A DNA stretch of 64,000 nucleotides, from the IMG/VR virus record IMGVR_UViG_3300042307_002096, positions 14,041-78,040 of that record, one strand, 5' to 3'. Within the stretch, counting starts at the first letter, position 1. The number at the start of each line of letters is the position of its first letter. Under the pieces are notes generated by a model. The model did not search any database, was not told the origin of the DNA, and saw only the letters and a list, made by a program, of their open reading frames with translations. The stretch comes from a virus. Position numbers and translations under genes: made by a program. Positions 1 to 6,573 of this stretch are shown piece after piece.

Positions 1-7
1 ATTTGTG

Positions 8-35
8 TTGACTTATATTTTATATAAATTAACAT
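8..35 (+). promoter_or_regulatory. sigma70-type promoter TTGACT-N16-TAACAT
   Basis: -35/-10 hexamers with 16-nt spacer; GTG start at 43 follows 7 nt later. The same layout recurs across the window. Confidence 0.6.
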
Positions 36-42
36 CAACGGT

Positions 43-582
43 GTGAATCAAGAACCATTATATCATATCGATACAACTCCCGAAGAAGACAAGTTGTTTC
101 AAGACATGCCGACAACCAAGTCTGACGCTCCTAAAAAAGGTGCATTTGCAAAAATATTTTGCATTGTTCTTAGCTTGCATGTTGCAGTAGCTGGCATCAT
201 AGGAATGAGCGCAACTAGCGCTAGCGCAAATGCAGCTTCAGAAAAATCTCAAAATTTGTCTTCTGTCACAGAGACGTTTGAGTCAACCAACTCAACTACA
301 TCAAAAATTGCTACTGTAGAGCCAACACCAAAACCAACGCCATTAAACACTCCTGCGCCTTTAAAAAAAGAACAGGCTACTACGAGCGCAAAAAAGTTAC
401 CAACAGCAACTCCACCAAAGTCAACTAACCTATTGTATACAAAAGAATATGTGGTCAAGCAAGGAGACACCATTTACAGCATTTCTAAAAAATACAAACT
501 TAGTGTGGACCGATTAATCAAAATAAATAACATCAAAGATGTCAATAAAATACAAATTGGACAAACTTTGAAGTTTATGTAA
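43..582 (+). CDS. membrane-anchored LysM peptidoglycan-binding protein
   Basis: N-terminal TM (FCIVLSLHVAVAGIIGM), P/T-rich linker, C-terminal LysM (YVVKQGDTIYSISKKY...NNI...IQIGQTL). Confidence 0.85.
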   Translation: MNQEPLYHIDTTPEEDKLFQDMPTTKSDAPKKGAFAKIFCIVLSLHVAVAGIIGMSATSASANAASEKSQNLSSVTETFESTNSTTSKIATVEPTPKPTPLNTPAPLKKEQATTSAKKLPTATPPKSTNLLYTKEYVVKQGDTIYSISKKYKLSVDRLIKINNIKDVNKIQIGQTLKFM

Positions 583-591
583 TTTGAAGCA

Positions 592-1398
592 ATGATCTTT
601 AAAAATTTCTTGTCCACACTGACAAAGCACAAAATATTTAACGACAAGGGACTAACGTTTAAAGGAGCTCTTACTGCTGTAATTATGTTGCATCTAGTTG
701 GTGCGGGATTTATTTATGGATATGTAAAGTACCAATCTTATAGATATCAAATCGTAAAACAAAAATACAACGAACGACTACAACAAGTAGATCCTAATAA
801 AATAGATTGGAATAACGATAAGTTAAAATTAAAAATAGTGGCTGTGCCTAGCCCAAAGCCAGCTATTAAAAAAACTAATGACACTAAATTTAACTATGCT
901 TTACCTATTAAAGCACTATCAGATGCTACATTGAATTTTTTTATTACAGTACAATCGACATTTAATGCAACTGTTGCTTTTGTTAATAAAGAAATCAATG
1001 ACTTAACAATAAAACAACAAAGGCCGCAAACAACAATTCCGACAAAGAAACAACAAAAAGAGACGCCGTGGAAATTAGCAGCAGATAATCGTCAAACAAA
1101 ACATACACAAGTAAAAAAAGTTGAACTTTCTGAAGCAGAAAAGCGATTAGCCAAGGTGCTGGAGCACGACAAGAAAAAAGCTAAAACTGAAACTATTACT
1201 ATTACAGTACCACCTTCTGTATCTAGATCTATTCCGCCTATAAAAATAAAAAACCCAGTGAATACAAGACCTTTAAACAATGACTGTTTGACAGAAAAAC
1301 AAATAATAAACTCAAACGAAATTAGCAGTCCTTTGAGGTATACCAGCGAAATTAATCAGCAAACAAGCGAGATAATACATACTTTTTACTCTTATTAA
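592..1398 (+). CDS. single-pass membrane protein, hypothetical
   Basis: 268-aa ORF; TM segment AVIMLHLVGAGFIYGY resembles that of the upstream gene. Confidence 0.6.
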   Translation: MIFKNFLSTLTKHKIFNDKGLTFKGALTAVIMLHLVGAGFIYGYVKYQSYRYQIVKQKYNERLQQVDPNKIDWNNDKLKLKIVAVPSPKPAIKKTNDTKFNYALPIKALSDATLNFFITVQSTFNATVAFVNKEINDLTIKQQRPQTTIPTKKQQKETPWKLAADNRQTKHTQVKKVELSEAEKRLAKVLEHDKKKAKTETITITVPPSVSRSIPPIKIKNPVNTRPLNNDCLTEKQIINSNEISSPLRYTSEINQQTSEIIHTFYSY

Positions 1399-1401
1399 AA
1401 T

Positions 1402-1659
1402 ATGAAAAATAATACACATCAACATAACTTCTTTAAATCGCAAATTACAGCAACCTTGGTTTCTATTTGGGCATTATTGCTACTAGTGGTAGCAATACTT
1501 TGGCCTCTTGGAGTAATTTGGGCAATGAATACACTTTTTGGTCTCGGTATTGCATACACATTTTGGAATTGGCTAGCGGCTACGGTTTTGATTTTTACCA
1601 TTCAAGGAGCTCTACGTATTTCTAAAAAAACAATTGATACTAGCAATTATGGAAAATAA
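1402..1659 (+). CDS. small membrane protein
   Basis: 85 aa with 2 hydrophobic segments. Confidence 0.6.
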   Translation: MKNNTHQHNFFKSQITATLVSIWALLLLVVAILWPLGVIWAMNTLFGLGIAYTFWNWLAATVLIFTIQGALRISKKTIDTSNYGK

Positions 1660-2173
1660 CATTGACAGGATTCTATACAGCGAACAAACTATTTTATCAA
1701 GACTGGACAGTCTTGGCTCACAAATTAGCAATGATTATCAAGGAAAAGATCTTACGGTAATAGCCATTATGAATGGCAGTATTATGTTTATGTCAGATTT
1801 GCTTAAACGAGTAAACATTCCTCTACAAATTGACTGTTGGAGCATTTCGAGTTATCATGGCTGTAAGTCGACAGGAACTATTAATTTTCGACAGCACGAA
1901 ATAGTCGATGTCACCAACAGACACGTGTTACTTTTAGATGATATCTTAGATTCTGGATTAACGCTACATACAATTAAAAATAAAATTTTTAATGAAACGC
2001 AAGCTTTGTCCATAAAATCTTGTGTGTTACTGTCTAAAAAAATTACACGAGCAGAAAATATTGAAGCAGATTATATTGGATTTAAAATAGACAACGAATT
2101 TGTTGTTGGCTATGGTTTAGATTACAATGAACATTATAGAAATTTACCATATATAGGGGTCTTAAAAAACTAG
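1649..2173 (+). CDS. hpt: hypoxanthine(-guanine) phosphoribosyltransferase
   Basis: PRPP-binding motif VLLLDDILDSGLTL; C-terminal FVVGYGLDYNEHYRNLPYIG. Confidence 0.92.
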   Translation: MENNIDRILYSEQTILSRLDSLGSQISNDYQGKDLTVIAIMNGSIMFMSDLLKRVNIPLQIDCWSISSYHGCKSTGTINFRQHEIVDVTNRHVLLLDDILDSGLTLHTIKNKIFNETQALSIKSCVLLSKKITRAENIEADYIGFKIDNEFVVGYGLDYNEHYRNLPYIGVLKN

Positions 2174-2208
2174 TTGACTGTCCGTTTTATTGAGTGATAA
2201 TATTAGCT

Positions 2209-3213
2209 ATGAAACTAGCAACAATTGAAACAATCAAATCGCTAAAGAAGCATCCAAACGCTGACAAGCTTGAAATTGCTCAGATTCTTGGCTGGCAATC
2301 AGTTGTCCAATCTGGGATACACAAAGAGGGAGATAAAGTCGTCTTTATTGTAATTGACTCGATTGTTCCTCGTTGTCAATGGTCCGAATTTTTAGTCGAT
2401 CAAAAAAATCCAGACAAACCAATTCGTTTGAAGATGATCAAGCTCAGAGGAGAACACTCTGCTGGTATTGTTATTCCGCTTAGTCAGCTTCCAGCTTCTT
2501 TTGAGTTGTATGATACTGGAACAGACGTTACTGAATTACTTGGCGTGCAAAAATATATTAAAGAACTTCCTGCTAGTCTTGGTGGAGAAAATGTTGGAAA
2601 CTTTCCTACACACATTGCTTCCAAAACAGACGAAGATAACGGATTGTCTGATCCTAAACTCGTAGAGGAAGTTATTAAACAACATTTAACCATTACTCAA
2701 AAATTGGATGGATCAAGCTGTACGGTTGTTGTAGAAGACGGAGTCATTACACAAGTTTGTTCTCGTAATTTATCAAAGAAAGAAACTGATAAGAGTGCAT
2801 TCTGGAATGCTGCAAAAAAACTTTCTATTTTGCCTGGATTTACTGGAGTTATCCAAGGAGAGCTTTGTGGACCTGGTATTCAGCAAAATACTCTTCGTCT
2901 TTCTGAGCCGGAACTTTTTGTATTTCAAGTTAAAAAACAAGACGGCAATTATATGAACTACCAAGAGATGAAAGGGTTCTGTAATGTGGAATTAAAATGC
3001 AATGTCGTGCCTCTTATTGTTGAAACGTCATTTGTTGGATGTGATACTGACGTGGCTATCTCAAAGCTTCAAGATCTGGCTGACCAACAATTACTTCCAA
3101 ACAAGAATCCAGCAGAAGGAATTGTAGTTCGCCCTACGGCTTATCCTAGGTCGTACGAGAGCCGGAGGCCACTGGGATTTAAAATTATTAACAGAAATTA
3201 TAAAGATACCTGA
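2209..3213 (+). CDS. ATP-dependent RNA ligase, DRB0094/Rnl2-like
   Basis: N-terminal OB-like HPNADKLE; motif I TQKLDGSS; QGELCGPGIQ; EGIVVR; C-terminal FKIIN. Confidence 0.85.
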   Translation: MKLATIETIKSLKKHPNADKLEIAQILGWQSVVQSGIHKEGDKVVFIVIDSIVPRCQWSEFLVDQKNPDKPIRLKMIKLRGEHSAGIVIPLSQLPASFELYDTGTDVTELLGVQKYIKELPASLGGENVGNFPTHIASKTDEDNGLSDPKLVEEVIKQHLTITQKLDGSSCTVVVEDGVITQVCSRNLSKKETDKSAFWNAAKKLSILPGFTGVIQGELCGPGIQQNTLRLSEPELFVFQVKKQDGNYMNYQEMKGFCNVELKCNVVPLIVETSFVGCDTDVAISKLQDLADQQLLPNKNPAEGIVVRPTAYPRSYESRRPLGFKIINRNYKDT

Positions 3214-3247
3214 TAAATAGGTACGAAACTTTGATCTTTGAAATTAT

Positions 3248-3711
3248 GGGGGTGTACTGGTTTCGACAAATGGTTGAAATTAAAAGTGCATGTAGAGGTT
3301 GATCGATGGCCTCTTTAAAAATCGATTAAAAAAACTAAACGCAGAATCTAATAATTCTGATCTCCTAACTGAAGCTGAATATATCTTCAACAACGCCGAC
3401 GAAATTCTCGCTGGTGCTGAAGAGTTTTCACTAGCAGCCTAAGAGCCTTATACTGGATCCTCTAAAAGTATTTGGAAAATGCAGAGGGGTTGCAGTGAGT
3501 AGGTGTCTAGCAACAGAAAAGCAACAAGACCTATCGGCAATGGATGTACGATAATATCCATAGGTAGACATAAAATACGCGGTTAGTACAACCAAACGAC
3601 CTAGTGTCCGTGTTACCGCAAGGTGATTGAAACGTTGAATGTACTCAAGCATGTGAAGATCTTTTAACGTAAGTTATTTGGACAGGGGTTCGATTCCCCT
3701 CACCTCCACCA
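3248..3711 (+). ncRNA. ssrA: tmRNA
   Basis: 5' GGGGGTGtactggtttcgac; 3' GACAGGGGTTCGATTCCCCTCACCTCCACCA; G3:U70 alanine acceptor pair; tag ORF 3341-3442 starts GCA and ends ...FSLAA-stop. Confidence 0.95.
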
Positions 3712-3737
3712 ATTTCAAATGATTAAATAAAATAAAA

Positions 3738-3828
3738 GGACAGATGGCAGAGTTGGTCTATTGCATCTGACTAGAAATCAGAAGTGCTCGAAAGGGCACC
3801 GTGGGTTCGAATCCTACTCTGTCCGCCA
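3738..3828 (+). tRNA. tRNA-Ser(AGA)
   Basis: GGACAGA/TCTGTCC acceptor, G73, anticodon arm TCTGA-CTAGAAA-TCAGA, long variable arm, TTCGAAT loop, CCA. Confidence 0.9.
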
Positions 3829-3829
3829 C

Positions 3830-3928
3830 TTATTTCTTTTTTTTATTAGCTCCTTTTTGAGAAGATTTGGAACCTGGTTGTTTTGGTTTCTTTTTTTCTT
3901 TTTTTTGTGAGAGATTTCCTTTAGCCAT
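3830..3928 (-). CDS. 32-aa lysine-rich peptide (not in ORF track)
   Basis: Translated by hand: MAKGNLSQKKEKKKPKQPGSKSSQKGANKKKK*; TAAGTA late-promoter-like box upstream. Confidence 0.5.
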   Translation of the reverse strand: MAKGNLSQKKEKKKPKQPGSKSSQKGANKKKK

Positions 3929-3985
3929 AGTAATATTACTTATTTTTTTCTTGACAATTTTTTTAATTCAACTAGTATATAAATC

Positions 3986-4297
3986 ATGCAACCAACCATC
4001 AAAACATTAAGGCAAAGTGGATATAAAGTGCGAGTGATTCATACTCGAAATTATAAGATCGTTAAAAAAATAAGCGGAGATCATTGTGAAATTTTGGCGC
4101 GAGGAGGAAGCACAACAATTCAAATTACAACTCCTGACAAAAAATACGATGCACAAGGAGTTGCTGAATGCTCCGACAAAGACAATTTTAGCAAAAAAAC
4201 CGGAAACTTTATTGCTGTTGGACGAGCACTAAAAGAACTAAAAGAAATGATGGAAAACGATTGCATTTCCAATGAAGATTTTAATAATATTGGTTGA
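3986..4297 (+). CDS. hypothetical phage protein
   Basis: 103 aa; preceded by TTGACA-N16-TAGTAT (3951-3978). Confidence 0.7.
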   Translation: MQPTIKTLRQSGYKVRVIHTRNYKIVKKISGDHCEILARGGSTTIQITTPDKKYDAQGVAECSDKDNFSKKTGNFIAVGRALKELKEMMENDCISNEDFNNIG

Positions 4298-4330
4298 TCT
4301 GTCCACTATTTAATAGTAGAGTATAAAAAC

Positions 4331-4558
4331 GCTCGAGTGGAGTAGAGCAGTTAAAGAAGACCTAGCTTCTATAAAATTCTAGAAAGATTTTTGAAAAATT
4401 AATTTTTACGCCTCCATGATGAAATTGGTAAACATTGTCGACTTAAAATCGACTGCTCTTGAGCTTCCCGGTTCGAATCCGGGTGGAGGTACCATTTTTT
4501 TTGTCAATTATTTATACAAAAAAAAAAAATTAAATTTCGAGTCCCTTCTCGAGTACCA
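4331..4558 (+). pseudogene. split tRNA remnant (Leu-like) flanking the tRNA-Leu(TAA) gene
   Basis: 5' GCTCGAGTGG (4331-4340) pairs with 3' TTCGAGTCCCTT-CTCGAGT-ACCA (4536-4558); the middle is unrelated sequence. Confidence 0.55.
4410..4494 (+). tRNA. tRNA-Leu(TAA)
   Basis: GCCTCCA/TGGAGGT acceptor, GTCGA-CTTAAAA-TCGAC, variable arm, CCA. Confidence 0.92.
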
Positions 4559-4568
4559 ATTTAACAAA

Positions 4569-4655
4569 GGGTTACTATACCGTTAAAGAGACGGTCCGGA
4601 CTGTAAATCCGGCATGCATCGCATTCGCTAGGAGCATTACCTAGGTGGCCCACCA
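4569..4655 (+). tRNA. tRNA-Tyr(GTA), non-canonical D and T loops
   Basis: GGGTTAC/GTGGCCC acceptor, CCGGA-CTGTAAA-TCCGG, T arm CTAGG-AGCATTA-CCTAG, CCA. Confidence 0.8.
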
Positions 4656-4658
4656 TAC

Positions 4659-4732
4659 GCGGGATTAGTTTAATGATAAAACAGGAGTTTTCCAAACTTC
4701 GGTTGGGAGTTTGATTCTCCCATCCCGCACCA
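4659..4732 (+). tRNA. tRNA-Gly(TCC)
   Basis: GCGGGAT/ATCCCGC acceptor, GGAGT-TTTCCAA-ACTTC, CCA. Confidence 0.88.
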
Positions 4733-4752
4733 TTTTACACAAACACACAATT

Positions 4753-4929
4753 ATGACACAAACAGAAAACACAACCGAAGGAAAAGTATATCAACTATGC
4801 CAGGAGCTAGATGATATCAAGAAGCGCAAAAAAGCTTTTGTTAAAGCCTATAACGTCGAAATTAGGCGCATTCAAGACGAAATTCAAGATATTCTTAATC
4901 CGGAAGAAGCTGTAGTAGAACTTCCATAA
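4753..4929 (+). CDS. small coiled-coil hypothetical protein
   Basis: MTQTENTTEGK... ORF between tRNAs; start moved downstream to avoid overlapping tRNA-Gly. Confidence 0.6.
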   Translation: MTQTENTTEGKVYQLCQELDDIKKRKKAFVKAYNVEIRRIQDEIQDILNPEEAVVELP

Positions 4930-4940
4930 ATAAACTAAAT

Positions 4941-5017
4941 AGACTTGTAGCTCAGTTGGTTAGAGCATCTCGTTGATAACGAGAGGGTCGTAGGTTCAAG
5001 TCCTACCAGGTCTACCA
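4941..5017 (+). tRNA. tRNA-Ile(GAT)
   Basis: AGACTTG/CAGGTCT acceptor, TCTCG-TTGATAA-CGAGA, CCA. Confidence 0.92.
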
Positions 5018-5022
5018 AGATT

Positions 5023-5097
5023 GCTCCCATAGTGTAACGGTTAGCACACCACCCTCTCACGGTGGTAGTAGGGGTTCGAATCCCCTTGGGAGTGCCA
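5023..5097 (+). tRNA. tRNA-Glu(CTC)
   Basis: GCTCCCA/TGGGAGT acceptor, CCACC-CTCTCAC-GGTGG, CCA. Confidence 0.92.
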
Positions 5098-5105
5098 TAC
5101 TATAT

Positions 5106-5252
5106 ATGAAGGTACAAAAAACAACTTCTGCCCAAATGCCCTTCAAAGACCACTTTAAAAAAGAACAACAAAAGAAAAAAGAGCAAGAAAAGAAAAAAGC
5201 TGTTGATAAGTCCGACAAAAAGACAGATAGTAATTTTATTGGATGGGCATAA
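5106..5252 (+). CDS. 48-aa lysine-rich peptide (not in ORF track)
   Basis: MKVQKTTSAQMPFKDHFKKEQQKKKEQEKKK...FIGWA* fills the inter-tRNA gap. Confidence 0.45.
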   Translation: MKVQKTTSAQMPFKDHFKKEQQKKKEQEKKKAVDKSDKKTDSNFIGWA

Positions 5253-5264
5253 GTAATTTCATAA

Positions 5265-5351
5265 CCCGGAGTGTGAGAAGTCTGGTATCTCAGTGCGCTC
5301 ATAACGCACCGCCTACGTGCCTCGCAGGTTCAAATCCTGCCTCCGGAACCA
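5265..5351 (+). tRNA. tRNA-Met(CAT), initiator-like (C1:A72 mismatch)
   Basis: CCCGGAG/CTCCGGA acceptor, GTGCG-CTCATAA-CGCAC, 14-nt variable region, CCA. Confidence 0.8.
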
Positions 5352-6090
5352 TTTGACAAAATTTGTTAAATTCTTGTTCAACAAATTTTTTATTAAATTT
5401 TCCTAAATCTTTTATAATGTACGGAACGTAACCGTTTTTTACAATTGCTAGTTGTTTTAAACGGTCTCGATTTTGAACTTGTAATAAAGAATGTCGTTTA
5501 GTTATTTGTTTATAATGCCAAGCACCGTTCCACAAAATTGCAATTTTAAAATCTGGTATTATAACATCAGCGTCCCATCCCTCAAACAAAGGCTCATTGT
5601 GAAGTACGTTTGCAAATTTGGCTTTACAAAGTTCATAAAAATATATTTCATTTTTGCTCCGTTTAATTTGTCTGGATGCGGAAACCAACCCTCCAATTCT
5701 AGCTCCTTCTTTTTTTCTTTGGGTCGAGCAACCTTCAGAACATGTTTTTCTTTTATGCAAAGATTCAATTTTCGTCTTACAAACAACGCACTCATACGTC
5801 TTCAATGTTTTTGCTTTATATTTTTTATATACTTTTTTTGTTGAAAAAGGAGTTGTCTTTGTTCGTTGTTTGTTATTAAAAGTTGCAGCACAAGAACGAG
5901 AGCAAAATTTTGTATTTTTTCCGTTATTTCTTAATTGCTGATAAGACAATATGCTGTTGCAGTTTAAGCAGCTTTTAGGATTAGATTTGTACTCTTCTAC
6001 TCTTTTTTGGTATTGTTCTTTTTGATACTTGCCGGCTCCATTGATATATCTATGGTCCGGTTTGTTGTTTAACTCTAATCTGTTTTTCAT
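5299..6090 (-). CDS. putative free-standing homing endonuclease (Zn-finger repeats plus Vsr/PD-(D/E)xK-like domain)
   Basis: CxxC...FCSRSC and CxxC...TCSEGC repeats, then RSKNE...WDADVII...AILWNGAWHY...RDRLK; antisense within the tRNA cluster. Confidence 0.7.
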   Translation of the reverse strand: MKNRLELNNKPDHRYINGAGKYQKEQYQKRVEEYKSNPKSCLNCNSILSYQQLRNNGKNTKFCSRSCAATFNNKQRTKTTPFSTKKVYKKYKAKTLKTYECVVCKTKIESLHKRKTCSEGCSTQRKKEGARIGGLVSASRQIKRSKNEIYFYELCKAKFANVLHNEPLFEGWDADVIIPDFKIAILWNGAWHYKQITKRHSLLQVQNRDRLKQLAIVKNGYVPYIIKDLGKFNKKFVEQEFNKFCQMVPEAGFEPARHVGGAL

Positions 6091-6229
6091 AATTATATTC
6101 GAGAGGACAGCTAGTTCTTAATCTGTCTAGTTTCTTTAAAGTTCGTACCTTTAAAGATTACTCTCATAAATTATTTATCTTTTTGTGTTGCAATTACAAG
6201 AATGTGTAAATAATTATATTCAATTAAAC

Positions 6230-6336
6230 GCCCTGTTAGCTCAGAGGTAGAGCAACGGTTTTGTGAGTTGTCAGCCTTTTGTCGGACAATTCTCATAAAC
6301 CGTCGGTCATCCGTTCAAATCGGATACGGGGCTCCA
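6230..6336 (+). tRNA. tRNA-Thr(TGT) with 32-nt insertion in the anticodon loop
   Basis: GCCCTGT/ACGGGGC acceptor, canonical D and T arms, ACGGT-TTTGT[6265-6296]AA-ACCGT, CCA. Confidence 0.8.
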
Positions 6337-6342
6337 ATTTAA

Positions 6343-6417
6343 TCCTAGGTAGCTCAGCGGAAGAGTCGTCGGCTGTTAACCGATTGGTCGTAGGTTCGAA
6401 TCCTACCCTAGGAGCCA
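6343..6417 (+). tRNA. tRNA-Asn(GTT)
   Basis: TCCTAGG/CCTAGGA acceptor, loop CTGTTAA, G73, CCA. Confidence 0.92.
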
Positions 6418-6484
6418 CGTCTGTTCGTCAGTTACTCAGTTGACTTGTCCGTCATTCAATAGTATCCTTATCTCATAATAAAAA

Positions 6485-6559
6485 GTCTCGATCGTTCAAC
6501 GGATAGGACAGAGCTCTTCTAAAGCCCTAATGTAGGTTCGATTCCTACTCGAGACACCA
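6485..6559 (+). tRNA. tRNA-Arg(TCT)
   Basis: GTCTCGA/TCGAGAC acceptor, loop CTTCTAA, CCA. Confidence 0.9.
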
Positions 6560-6573
6560 CTTTCTAAACACAC

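Noticed and set aside
3431-3652. 73-aa minus-strand ORF
   Set aside because: Lies antisense within the tmRNA and has no protein motifs.
3738-3828. Possible amber suppressor (CTA) tRNA or alternative genetic code
   Set aside because: In the 7-nt loop CTAGAAA the anticodon is AGA, not CTA. Core genes are intact under the standard code and some end in TAG.
5057-5302. 81-aa minus-strand ORF ending MALPRGFEPLLPP
   Set aside because: Typical antisense-of-tRNA translation artefact overlapping tRNA-Glu and tRNA-Met.
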